Source: a virus. From it: a stretch of DNA of 64,000 nt. The stretch is from positions 74,027-138,026 of IMG/VR virus record IMGVR_UViG_3300025012_000027; one strand, written 5' to 3'. Numbering within the stretch: position 1 is the first letter of the stretch; every line of letters begins with the position of its first letter. The position numbers and the translations under genes are program-made. Shown here in pieces: positions 27,785 to 36,746 of the stretch. The notes under the pieces were generated by a model. The model had not been told where the DNA came from and did no database searches. It saw only the letters and a list, made by a program, of their open reading frames with translations.

Positions 27785-28131
27785 CTACCCGAACACTCGA
27801 TGAGCTATATGCAGAACAAACCGCCCTGAAAGAGCGTCTGCGCGAAAATAATGAATCAATCTCAGCTGCATTGAAAAAGACGCTGGTAAAGTGTACTACC
27901 AGCGTCTTGGGCAAGGGGTGTGGACAAGCTCTAGAAATTGGAGATCTCGAATACATGCAAACACACTATTATGTTCGGCCAACCGGCTGTACCGGTGGTG
28001 ATTATTGGAATGAGTCTGAAGGTCTATTCGTGTGTCCAGAATGTGGGACAACCAACCGATTGTATGATCGACCTGACATCACTCGGCTGAAACACTTGTT
28101 CAAAACAGTGATTAATGTTCACAATGATTGA
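27781..28131 (+). CDS. hypothetical protein with Cys-rich zinc-ribbon-like C-terminus
   Basis: ORF track; CTGGDYWNESEGLFVCPECG. Confidence 0.5.
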   Translation: MTTRTLDELYAEQTALKERLRENNESISAALKKTLVKCTTSVLGKGCGQALEIGDLEYMQTHYYVRPTGCTGGDYWNESEGLFVCPECGTTNRLYDRPDITRLKHLFKTVINVHND

Positions 28132-28140
28132 AAGACTGCT

Positions 28141-28347
28141 ATGAAACACCTTATTTGGAAATATCGCTTTGCAATGTATCTCGTACAATATGGGGCATTG
28201 TTCGACGATGGTTGGGACGCTGCTGAGAATTGGGTTAATGCCGATCTACCACTTGGCGTTCCGGAAACTGCGGCACTCGTCGAACGGGTGTTTATGCTAG
28301 GTCCAGACTTGGCAGACTCACTAATTATTAATTTTGAAAGACCTTGA
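28141..28347 (+). CDS. hypothetical protein
   Basis: ORF track. Confidence 0.45.
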   Translation: MKHLIWKYRFAMYLVQYGALFDDGWDAAENWVNADLPLGVPETAALVERVFMLGPDLADSLIINFERP

Positions 28348-28742
28348 ACATGCACATGCCAATTGTCAAACTAGAAGTTGAGGGGATGAAGTATGCTATG
28401 TATACTGCACTTTCCGAACATGCGGCTCAAATTGACGAGAATATCAAGCAATCCGTCGATGCATATTGTACTTCGGGTAACATCGCAAGCGTAATTGACC
28501 AAGAAGTTCGAATCGTATTAGACGCGGCAATCAAGGAAGAGATTCGAAATTTCTTCAGGTATTCGACGCCTGGAAGACTAGCAATTCGAGAGGCGATCGA
28601 GCATCATCTTAACGAAGTGTATCCAGTTTCGAGTGAGTCTGAGTTGGTGAAATGTGTATACTGCGGGTGTTCGGATGGAGAGTTGGCCCCGTATGGTCCA
28701 AAAGGCGAAATGGTTTGTTTAGCATGTTTGGAGATATCATGA
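28344..28742 (+). CDS. hypothetical protein ending in a CxxC...CxxC zinc-ribbon module
   Basis: C-terminus KCVYCGCSDGELAPYGPKGEMVCLAC. Confidence 0.5.
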   Translation: MNMHMPIVKLEVEGMKYAMYTALSEHAAQIDENIKQSVDAYCTSGNIASVIDQEVRIVLDAAIKEEIRNFFRYSTPGRLAIREAIEHHLNEVYPVSSESELVKCVYCGCSDGELAPYGPKGEMVCLACLEIS

Positions 28743-29008
28743 AATGTGTATATTGCGGCTGCTCGGACGACGAATTGCGGCCATATGGTCCGAATGGCAG
28801 TATGGTGTGTTTTGCCTGTGCGATGTTGACTCCTGATCGAGAAGAAGAAACAAAGAAAAACTTCATATCGCAATTGGAAACCATTTCAGGAGTAGCTGTA
28901 ATTGGGTCAGACGCTGGGCCATACCCGCTTGAACACAATCCCGTTATGGCTAGTATTGTCAAAGACCTTCTAGAATTCGATTCTAGTGCCAAGCACAGTG
29001 TCCAATGA
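28739..29008 (+). CDS. hypothetical protein beginning with a paralogous zinc-ribbon module
   Basis: N-terminus MKCVYCGCSDDELRPYGPNGSMVCFAC; start at ATGA overlap. Confidence 0.5.
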   Translation: MKCVYCGCSDDELRPYGPNGSMVCFACAMLTPDREEETKKNFISQLETISGVAVIGSDAGPYPLEHNPVMASIVKDLLEFDSSAKHSVQ

Positions 29009-29046
29009 AACAGACGCTCATAGACGGTTATATTGGAGAATAGAGT

Positions 29047-29262
29047 ATGTGGTACAGTATAAAGAAGTTATTTAATACTAGTGGTGTCAAAGCTGATCGC
29101 AAACGTATCAAAGATGTGATCCTTAGTTTGCGCACTAGGGCTAGCATCCGTAGGCAGATCGCCACTCGCAAAAGCGTACAGGAAGGTAAGCCGGACAGAA
29201 TCTGCGACTTGCTTGAAGAAGCAGCAAACGAACTTGATCGGTTACTTAAAATTCATTATTGA
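29047..29262 (+). CDS. hypothetical basic protein
   Basis: ORF track. Confidence 0.45.
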   Translation: MWYSIKKLFNTSGVKADRKRIKDVILSLRTRASIRRQIATRKSVQEGKPDRICDLLEEAANELDRLLKIHY

Positions 29263-29333
29263 TAGTGCTTGACTGGTTGTCAAGATGGTTGTATAATACG
29301 ATTTTAGCGAACATTTACAAAGAAGGATATATC

Positions 29334-29969
29334 ATGGAACAGATGTCGGTTACTCGTGGATTAGTTGAATTGAAACGTTTGGATGCCCGGATCAAGTCCG
29401 CGGTGTTGTCCGGCCAATTCGTTGGTCGAACTGTTGGTAAAAATAACTTTCGCAAGGTTGTTGGGGTGGCCGATTCAGTTGAGGCAGTTTCTGCAAAGAT
29501 TCAATCATCGTTCGATTCCGTCGATTCGTTGATCGCAAATCGTGAGCGGATCAAGTCAGCTATTGTGTTGTCTAATGCAACCACACAGGTCACGGTTCTC
29601 GGTCGTGGTATGACTGTCGCTGAAGCGATTGAGTTGAAATCATCGGTTGATTATCGTCAAGCATACTTGAATCAGTTGCGCCAACAGCTAACTCGTGAAT
29701 CAGTCGAGGTCGAGAAGGCAAATGCCGCATTGGATGCGACGATCGAGGTGTCGTTAAATAACATTTATGGGGCTGAGAAATCCAAGATTGCTGAAGATAC
29801 ATATGCTTCCGTAGCTAATCCTCAGAAAAATCAAAAGGAGGCTGCGTTGCTGGACCCGATGGGTATCTCGGCTCGTATCCAAAAGCTGACAGAGGACATC
29901 TCGAACATTGAATCTGAATTGGACTTCACTCTGTCTGAGTCAAACGCTCGGACAATGATCTCCGTTTAA
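29334..29969 (+). CDS. hypothetical coiled-coil protein
   Basis: ORF track; start after TTGTATAAT promoter-like element and RBS AAGGA. Confidence 0.5.
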   Translation: MEQMSVTRGLVELKRLDARIKSAVLSGQFVGRTVGKNNFRKVVGVADSVEAVSAKIQSSFDSVDSLIANRERIKSAIVLSNATTQVTVLGRGMTVAEAIELKSSVDYRQAYLNQLRQQLTRESVEVEKANAALDATIEVSLNNIYGAEKSKIAEDTYASVANPQKNQKEAALLDPMGISARIQKLTEDISNIESELDFTLSESNARTMISV

Positions 29970-30071
29970 ATTTTGTTGCTTGTCATAGTCGAACGAACGA
30001 AATATGACTGTTCTTTGGGGGCGAGAACTAAAAGCACCCCCGCCATAACTTTATATGTTAAGAACGGAAAC

Positions 30072-30120
30072 TTAACGGTCAACGTTTAACGGTCAAGAGT
30101 TATCGGTCAGAGGTCAACGA
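30072..30120. repeat. iteron-like direct repeats, 14-bp period (TTAACGGTCAA x2, TTATCGGTCAG, GGTCAACG)
   Basis: Seen directly in a 450-bp non-coding gap, adjacent to an AT-rich stretch. Confidence 0.7.
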
Positions 30121-30245
30121 TTTTTATATCAACCTTGAAAGTTTAAACTCCAAAGGTCTTTTAAATCCTGAATCTGGTTCTTGGTTAGTCAGCCACCGTG
30201 AGTACCCCAGGCTGACTATGATGAGCAACTTTTTCTTTTTATAAT

Positions 30246-30407
30246 ATGTTTTTAGCTTACGTGACACTGCTAGTTAAAGGTGAACAAACTGTGTTCGCCA
30301 TCATCGGTAAAGATGAATCACAAATCTTGGAACGATCATTGAAGTATGGAACAGATCCAACGATCGTTTCTGAATTGTATTGTTTGGGGGATGACTGGCG
30401 ATACTAA
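30246..30407 (+). CDS. possible small ORF (53 aa)
   Basis: Below ORF cutoff; preceded by TATAAT at 30240-30245; no clear RBS. Confidence 0.25.
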   Translation: MFLAYVTLLVKGEQTVFAIIGKDESQILERSLKYGTDPTIVSELYCLGDDWRY

Positions 30408-30425
30408 ATATAGTAAAGGATCTAT

Positions 30426-30689
30426 ATGACATATCAAAACCACTCTATCACCGATGCATACAAGCGTATGCGAACACCAATCTTTGAATCGGCGGTTATG
30501 CCATATAACGGTGATCGCGTTGCTCGAAATCTGCGCAATCCACGATATTTAGCTGCTATCCATGGATTTCATGATGTGGATGTTAGTTCACTCCCAGACG
30601 ACCACCAGCATAAACAGATTTATGATCAGTTCACTGACGCCGACAAAGCCGAATACGCTGAGTGGAAACCAAAGTTCGACCAGCGGTAA
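30426..30689 (+). CDS. hypothetical protein
   Basis: ORF track; RBS AAGGA. Confidence 0.5.
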   Translation: MTYQNHSITDAYKRMRTPIFESAVMPYNGDRVARNLRNPRYLAAIHGFHDVDVSSLPDDHQHKQIYDQFTDADKAEYAEWKPKFDQR

Positions 30690-30780
30690 CATTTTACGCA
30701 ATCAACAATCCCGGTTTCCCGGGATTCGTCATCTGTGAAAGATATTGTTGCATTCTCGTCCAAGCATGTTATAATACGGC

Positions 30781-31032
30781 ATGTCTTACAAAATGCACGT
30801 TACTGGAAATCGAGTCACATTCGCCTTGGCAAAGCAATTCGCAAAGGATCATGGCTTCATATTGATGCCAGCGTATGTTCATGGAACTTGGTTTTGTTTT
30901 GACATTGGTCGCAAGCCACACTATCCAGATGCCGCAAAAGCAGCAAAGGCATTCTTCGTAGATGTCATTGTCGAGACTACCAAAGAACGTGGGTTGCGGG
31001 TTGAAAGATTTGTTATGGACTTTCATTCTTAG
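30781..31032 (+). CDS. hypothetical protein
   Basis: ORF track; promoter at 30767. Confidence 0.5.
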   Translation: MSYKMHVTGNRVTFALAKQFAKDHGFILMPAYVHGTWFCFDIGRKPHYPDAAKAAKAFFVDVIVETTKERGLRVERFVMDFHS

Positions 31033-31072
31033 AACTTTTATGTTATAATACTGTTAACAAGGAAACTATATT

Positions 31073-31369
31073 ATGTCAAAGATTACGCGAGCAACAGTCA
31101 AATCTTTTGTTAAGAAAAATGCCGATAAGCTGTTGATCAGCACGGTATCAGATTTTGACGGTCAGGTGGATGGATTAGTTCGATGCGCAGACCAATCATT
31201 TGGGTCGGCCGTAAAAGCAGATTACTTTCACGATAACAATCTCGGAATACATGGTATTTGGTTGGTCAGTGGTAGTCGAAATTATTTCACCGAATACTCA
31301 AAGCAAGGATTGATCGGGATTGAGGTTAGTAATTGCTGTGGTAGCTTTATTGTCGCTATCAAGGAGTGA
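31073..31369 (+). CDS. hypothetical protein
   Basis: ORF track; promoter at 31041, RBS AAGGAAA. Confidence 0.55.
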   Translation: MSKITRATVKSFVKKNADKLLISTVSDFDGQVDGLVRCADQSFGSAVKADYFHDNNLGIHGIWLVSGSRNYFTEYSKQGLIGIEVSNCCGSFIVAIKE

Positions 31370-31563
31370 CCATGCAGCAGATTGTATTGACTCGGGAGCA
31401 GATTTTTAAGTTAACTGTGTTCGCATCACAGCTTCCAGAGGTTAACGAGTTCACGATCGAGTCGGATTGCGCGTCTGGGATAGGTGAGCGAATTCTTGCT
31501 AAATGCGATCTATTCGCAAAAAACGACGCGACACTCGATATCAGCGAATATGATAAATTTTAA
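31366..31563 (+). CDS. hypothetical protein
   Basis: ORF track. Confidence 0.45.
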   Translation: MTMQQIVLTREQIFKLTVFASQLPEVNEFTIESDCASGIGERILAKCDLFAKNDATLDISEYDKF

Positions 31564-31582
31564 GTTTTTATAAGGGGTTATT

Positions 31583-32431
31583 ATGTTTTTAGTTATTGTT
31601 AGTTTGTTGGGGTCGTTGGTCCTGGCGGTTGGATTATACGCAGTTCTTGACTTTCGAGCGTTGTATTCTGGAATTGCGGGGATTGCTGTGTTCGTGATTG
31701 CTTTGTTGGTGGGCAGCTTTACCGTTATCAGCGCTGGTCACACTGGAGTACAGGTTACTCTGGGAGAAGTTAATATCGTTCCGTTGACTGAGGGGGTTCA
31801 TTTAGTTAACCCGATTAGCTCGGTGAAAGATGTCGATGTAAGGCTGCAGAAAGCAGAGCTGAAAGGAGCCAATGCTGGGACCAAAGATTTGCAGGTGGTG
31901 CATACTGATATCGTGGTGAATTACCGATTGAATGCACCAAAAGTTCCTCATATCTACAAAGAATTTGGACTCAACGTTGATGAGAAAGTTCTTGGCCCGG
32001 GCATCAATGAAGCGTTCAAGAGCGTCACTGGACACTTTACCAGTGAAGAATTGATCACGAAACGAGATATCGTGAGTCAAGAAATTCTCGAGCATTTGAA
32101 GACTAAGATGGCTCCGTTTAATATCGATGTTAGTGGGATCAGTTTGGTAAACTTTGGATTCAGTCCGGAGTATCAGAAAGCCATCGAAGCCAAGGTTATT
32201 GCTACACAATCAAAGTTGAAAGCTGAACAGGATCTTGCACGTATTGAAGTTGAGGCGCGTAGTCGAATTGCTCAAGCTAAGGGCGAAGCTGAAGCGATCA
32301 GTATCCAAGCTCAGGCGATTCAATCAAATGGCGGGGCTCAGTACGTGCAACTTCAAGCCATCGAAAAGTGGAATGGGCAGCTTCCAACGACTGTCTTGAG
32401 CGGTAGTGTCCCGTTTGTAAATATCAAATAA
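31583..32431 (+). CDS. SPFH/band-7 (prohibitin/HflKC-like) membrane protein
   Basis: N-terminal TM helix, SPFH-like core, C-terminal Ala/Gln-rich coiled coil. Confidence 0.65.
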   Translation: MFLVIVSLLGSLVLAVGLYAVLDFRALYSGIAGIAVFVIALLVGSFTVISAGHTGVQVTLGEVNIVPLTEGVHLVNPISSVKDVDVRLQKAELKGANAGTKDLQVVHTDIVVNYRLNAPKVPHIYKEFGLNVDEKVLGPGINEAFKSVTGHFTSEELITKRDIVSQEILEHLKTKMAPFNIDVSGISLVNFGFSPEYQKAIEAKVIATQSKLKAEQDLARIEVEARSRIAQAKGEAEAISIQAQAIQSNGGAQYVQLQAIEKWNGQLPTTVLSGSVPFVNIK

Positions 32432-32450
32432 CACATAACCTAGGTCTATC

Positions 32451-32843
32451 ATGAAGCTCTTCTACGCTTGTATTTTAACTCTGGTAAGCATGACATCATA
32501 TGCTCAGGAGTGGGTACCGTTATCGCAATCAGGTGATATCTCCTACGAGATCCTCGCTGGGTCTATTAGAGTTATCAAGGCGGAAAAAGACTCCGTGGTG
32601 GTTGGTACTGGACGCGTCGTAACCCTAACTGATAATACTATTACCGCCGAACTGTGGGCAGTGCCAATCGCCCATTGTAGGGTTAAGCGGGGCGTACTAG
32701 TAGTGCTTGATGTCTTGGGCGAGGTCAAAAGTCGACATAGCTTTGTATATGGCCTAGGAACTGTTGCTGCAGATGTAGCAGAAATCATGTGTCGCGTCGC
32801 GTTGGACGCTCAAACTAGCAAACCCCCGAAAGTGAATGTATGA
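32451..32843 (+). CDS. secreted/periplasmic hypothetical protein
   Basis: Signal peptide MKLFYACILTLVSMTSYA. Confidence 0.5.
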   Translation: MKLFYACILTLVSMTSYAQEWVPLSQSGDISYEILAGSIRVIKAEKDSVVVGTGRVVTLTDNTITAELWAVPIAHCRVKRGVLVVLDVLGEVKSRHSFVYGLGTVAADVAEIMCRVALDAQTSKPPKVNV

Positions 32844-33394
32844 CCACTGTATATGATTATTTTAGTTCTATTGGCCGGGCGATGACCGCATCTGAATACT
32901 ACGGTTGGGATTGTTATGGTCCGACTGCAAGGGTTGTAGACCACTGGCGACAAGGTGATAATGAGTTAACGGCATGCTGTGTTTTTGATTCTGTTACATC
33001 GGTAGTGTATGAACTTGATCTATGTATGGTTGCAGAAAGGACTGCTCTTCGCTGGATAAATCCAGAGTATGAAAATACATATCTAGCAGAGGCTGAGAAT
33101 CGACAAATCTCTGATGTTGCTTGGGACGACGTCGAGTTTCAACGAGTTTCGTCTGCGGATACCATGCTGTCTCTTATACGCAAAGTAGTCGATGATCCAT
33201 CAGTCACGTTGTCAGATGCGGCATCTGCATTGGATAACCCAGTCGACACATCTGAGATTCGGCTTGAACTTACAGAAGATGAGATGTTCAAATTGATGAA
33301 GATGGCCCATGAACATGACGTCAGTTTAAATCTGTTTGTTAGTTTGATCTTGCAGAAATATGTTGATGAATATCAGGAGAACAATAATGGCTAG
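32840..33394 (+). CDS. hypothetical protein
   Basis: ORF track. Confidence 0.5.
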   Translation: MTTVYDYFSSIGRAMTASEYYGWDCYGPTARVVDHWRQGDNELTACCVFDSVTSVVYELDLCMVAERTALRWINPEYENTYLAEAENRQISDVAWDDVEFQRVSSADTMLSLIRKVVDDPSVTLSDAASALDNPVDTSEIRLELTEDEMFKLMKMAHEHDVSLNLFVSLILQKYVDEYQENNNG

Positions 33395-33704
33395 GTCGGT
33401 GATTATGATGACGGATGGTGTTGAAGTTAAGAAAGTCCCGATCGGATATTCTTGGACGGTGCTTTTCTTCAGCGGATTTCCGTGCTTGTTTAGGCAAGAT
33501 TGGGTGTGGGGAGCAGTTCTAATCCTGTGCAATCTCTTTAGTTATGGTATTGTGGGCATCGTATGCTCGTTCTTCTATAACAAAGTTTATGCTAAGACCC
33601 TAGTGGATCGAGGATTCTATATCCACCATTTGCCGCCAACTGAATCAAACGAGTCAATCCTCGCATACTTAGGTTACTTGAAATTTCCGCATTCGAAAGT
33701 TTGA
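33387..33704 (+). CDS. membrane protein
   Basis: ORF track; start after AGGAGAACAATA RBS; two TM helices. Confidence 0.45.
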   Translation: MARSVIMMTDGVEVKKVPIGYSWTVLFFSGFPCLFRQDWVWGAVLILCNLFSYGIVGIVCSFFYNKVYAKTLVDRGFYIHHLPPTESNESILAYLGYLKFPHSKV

Positions 33705-33806
33705 TGGTTGGTTGGGCTCTTAAATAGGCTCTACGGAATAACGTGTTGAATTCATGATTTAGGTTTATACTCATAAAACGGATTAACGTGTAGAAAAGGA
33801 TTCGAT

Positions 33807-34454
33807 ATGACAAAAGAACGCTTCGGGGTGGCTGAACTCATCCTTCGGGAGGTTTGCGAGATGGACCCCGATGACCCGGAGAAGAGCGACACCATTTGTA
33901 TTGATGTGTCCACCTTGAAGCGGGTTATTGACGCCCACATTAGTGAGACGGACGAGCGCCACGGGCTGGACAGCGACACTCGCGTCTGCTTCTATGAGCA
34001 GGATTTTTACGTCCTGTCGAACTTCAGCTCGTTCAATCTTGTTGGCGGGTTCTATGGAAGCCCCCAGTCTGATGGCATCACATTCGCTACCAGTGAGCAC
34101 GCCTATCACTGGCATAAGTTCCAGCCGACCGACAGCGATTTGGCCGATGCCATTCTGTTCGCGCCGTCTGCTCACGACGCCTTTAAGCTTGCCGAGCGCA
34201 ACAAGGTAAATCGTTGGGACCGATGGGACGAATTCAAGGTGGAAATCATGCGCGACATCCTGCGAGCCAAAGTGACCCAGCACGAATACGTGCGCCGAAA
34301 GCTCCTGGCGACAGGCGACCGCGAACTGGTTGAGAACTCGTGGCGCGATGACTTTTGGGGGTGGGGACCAACCCAGGATGGCGCAAACATGCTGGGCAAG
34401 CTTTGGATGGAAATCAGAGCCGAAATCCGCGCAAAGGATACCCCTGACAATTGA
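33807..34454 (+). CDS. NADAR (YbiA-like, DUF1768) domain protein, IS passenger
   Basis: FYEQDFYVLSNFSSF, FATSEHAYHWHKF, WRDDFWGWGPTQDGANMLGKLWMEIR match NADAR conserved blocks. Confidence 0.7.
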   Translation: MTKERFGVAELILREVCEMDPDDPEKSDTICIDVSTLKRVIDAHISETDERHGLDSDTRVCFYEQDFYVLSNFSSFNLVGGFYGSPQSDGITFATSEHAYHWHKFQPTDSDLADAILFAPSAHDAFKLAERNKVNRWDRWDEFKVEIMRDILRAKVTQHEYVRRKLLATGDRELVENSWRDDFWGWGPTQDGANMLGKLWMEIRAEIRAKDTPDN

Positions 34455-34457
34455 TGG

Positions 34458-35924
34458 ATGACTGACATCCTCGACCTTAAAGGCTGGACGGTGCTCTCCA
34501 AGTCTCAATCCGATGGTGAATACGTGATTGAGGCCGAGTACACCATTCAGCCCGCCAACTGCCCAAAATGCGGGGTTGTTGACACTCCATACAAGCATGG
34601 CGTAAAGCCCATCAGGTATCGCGACAGCCCCATCAGGGGTTCCGCTGTGGTCATCCTGGCCAACGTCCAGAGGTACAGGTGCAAGCACTGCAAGGAGACG
34701 TTCCTTCAGCCATTGGAAGGCATTTACCCTGATATGAGGATGACACAGCGCTGTGTTGAGTACATTGAAACCCAGTGCCTTCGGGACACCTTTGTTCGGA
34801 TTGCCGAGCATATTGGCTGTGATGACAAGACTGTAAGGACCGTTGCTGGCACTTACATTGACTCCATGAATGCCAAGTTCAAACCCTGGCTTCCTGAGTG
34901 GCTGGGCATTGATGAAACACAGATTGACGGCGAACTCCGATGCATCATCACTGATGTGGTCAACCGTAAGCCGGTGGATATGCTGCCCAATCGTGACAAG
35001 GTGTCGGTCACGGCATGGCTGTACCAGTTCAAAGACCGGCGCACCGTCAAGGGATTGGCCATTGACATGTGGCGTCCATATAAGGATGCAGCCCAAGCAG
35101 TGTTCCCCGGCCTGCCTGTAGTCATTGACAAGTTCCATGTAGTCAAGATGGCCAACAAGGCTTTGGAGGACATTCGCATTGCCCTTGCCAAAGACCAGCC
35201 CAAGGCAGTCGGCAAGGACTGGATGAGGCGCAAGGCACTGCTGCGGATGCGGTACAAGAATCTGGATGAAAAGGGCCGGTTTGCCCTCAGCATGTGGCTG
35301 GACAACGAACTGGCTCTCAAAGTCGCTTACGACCTCAAAGAAGCCTTCTATGACATCTACGATGCCCCTACCAAGGCAGAAGCTGGAACCCGGCTGGATG
35401 CTTGGCGCAACTCCATTCCCGCAACCATGAAGAAGGGGAAAAAGAGCTTTGCGCCCCTCATTACCGCCACGAAGAACTGGCGAGAAGAGATTCTTGCCTT
35501 CTTTGACCACCCCATCAGCAACGGGTACACAGAGGCTCTGAACGGCGTTGCCAAGGTAACCAATAGGCAAGGCAGGGGCTACAGCTTTGAAGTCCTCAGA
35601 GCCCGCGTTTTGTTCTCCAAGATTTCCAGAGTCCCTGTTACTGAAGAGGATGAGGTAACGGAAGTAGAGATGCCAGAACCCGAACAGGTTGAGGTAGTCA
35701 TCCATAACCCAGCCCGTACCGTGCGCCACATGCTGCTTTACAAGTACAAGAACAGGTGTCAGTCCTGTCTTGGAGTGTTTCCCCCATCCGAGCTTTATGT
35801 CGCTCGAATGGGTGTCTTCCTTGAGGATGAACCAATGAAAAACAGGACGTTGATGTGTGCCCCTTGCAAAGAGCGTTTCCACACAGATGGAATTAAGCAT
35901 GTTCATTCAACTTCCACACCTTAA
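34458..35924 (+). CDS. ISL3-family transposase (zf-ISL3 + DDE_Tnp_ISL3) with about 100-aa Cys-containing C-terminal extension
   Basis: N-terminal CPKC...CKHC zinc finger; DHPISNGYTEALNGVAKVTNRQGRGYSFEVLRARVLF matches the ISL3 C-terminal signature; stop lies inside IRR. Confidence 0.8.
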   Translation: MTDILDLKGWTVLSKSQSDGEYVIEAEYTIQPANCPKCGVVDTPYKHGVKPIRYRDSPIRGSAVVILANVQRYRCKHCKETFLQPLEGIYPDMRMTQRCVEYIETQCLRDTFVRIAEHIGCDDKTVRTVAGTYIDSMNAKFKPWLPEWLGIDETQIDGELRCIITDVVNRKPVDMLPNRDKVSVTAWLYQFKDRRTVKGLAIDMWRPYKDAAQAVFPGLPVVIDKFHVVKMANKALEDIRIALAKDQPKAVGKDWMRRKALLRMRYKNLDEKGRFALSMWLDNELALKVAYDLKEAFYDIYDAPTKAEAGTRLDAWRNSIPATMKKGKKSFAPLITATKNWREEILAFFDHPISNGYTEALNGVAKVTNRQGRGYSFEVLRARVLFSKISRVPVTEEDEVTEVEMPEPEQVEVVIHNPARTVRHMLLYKYKNRCQSCLGVFPPSELYVARMGVFLEDEPMKNRTLMCAPCKERFHTDGIKHVHSTSTP

Positions 35925-35969
35925 TCCGCAGAGCCCTTAAATAAAAGAGAATACTTCAGGGACCATACT

Positions 35970-36746
35970 ATGTCACAAGATACACTCGTAACCGAATCCG
36001 CCATTGCATATATTATGATGCAAGAATCAATTTTGCTTGAATCTCGATTAGATTACCTAAAGGCAAATACTCCTCCATTGTCTACGGATCATGATACTAC
36101 GGCTATTCATAAAGATACACCAAGCATCATCCAGCACTTTGCGGATAATGCTGATCCAACCCCAAACAAGCAACGCACGCAATACATCGTTGGATTGTAT
36201 CGCGCTAAGAAGATTCGACAAGAAGATGCGCCTAGAATTAAAGAAGCTTTGTCGTCATTTGAAAAATACAAACACAAATTAGATCCATCAGAGAAACAAC
36301 TCACCGTGTCTGCATATCCAACGGTTGCTAGTATTGAAGATAAAATGGTCCCGCATGTGGGCACCATGGCAACAAAACGTGAAGCTGAGCGCAATCTAAA
36401 TCAACCCGGCCACGAGTTGAAGTACGATGATGAGAACATCTCGATATATCATTTGAAAGACAAAGAGACTTCCCAGAATTTGTATGGTGGCGGTCATCAA
36501 CGTGGCGGTACCGGTACATCATGGTGCACTGCTGCTAGATCCAAAGATTGTATGTTTGATCAATATGCAAAAGATGGACGATTACACGTATTGCATGATA
36601 AAAAGACTGGTAGTGTGTATCAATACCACACTAAATCTGCGTCGTTTATGGATGCTAAAGACAACGAGATTTCACCGGAAGATTTCAAAGCAATTGCTCC
36701 AAGTTTTCATAAGGCCATTCTTTCTAATCCCGATCTGTTAAAATAA
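35970..36746 (+). CDS. hypothetical protein
   Basis: ORF track; first gene after the IS. Confidence 0.55.
   Translation: MSQDTLVTESAIAYIMMQESILLESRLDYLKANTPPLSTDHDTTAIHKDTPSIIQHFADNADPTPNKQRTQYIVGLYRAKKIRQEDAPRIKEALSSFEKYKHKLDPSEKQLTVSAYPTVASIEDKMVPHVGTMATKREAERNLNQPGHELKYDDENISIYHLKDKETSQNLYGGGHQRGGTGTSWCTAARSKDCMFDQYAKDGRLHVLHDKKTGSVYQYHTKSASFMDAKDNEISPEDFKAIAPSFHKAILSNPDLLK

Larger units (their letters stand above)
33727..35935 (+). mobile_element. ISL3-family insertion sequence (2209 bp) carrying a NADAR passenger gene
   Basis: 19-bp imperfect terminal IRs (GGCTCTACGGAATAACGTG at 33727-33745 vs revcomp of 35917-35935, GGCTCTGCGGATTAAGGTG, 16/19); 8-bp TSD CTTAAATA at 33719-33726 and 35936-35943; about 57% GC versus about 42% flanks. 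Confidence 0.8.

Noticed and set aside
28609-28992. 127-aa and 89-aa minus ORFs
   Set aside because: Antisense to the zinc-ribbon gene pair; no start context
30017-30041. GGGGG-15 nt-CCCCC hairpin as rho-independent terminator
   Set aside because: No downstream U-tract; kept only as part of the structured non-coding region
33783-35906. 707-aa minus-strand ORF
   Set aside because: Antisense to two domain-bearing + strand genes (NADAR, ISL3 transposase) inside a high-GC island; low-complexity product
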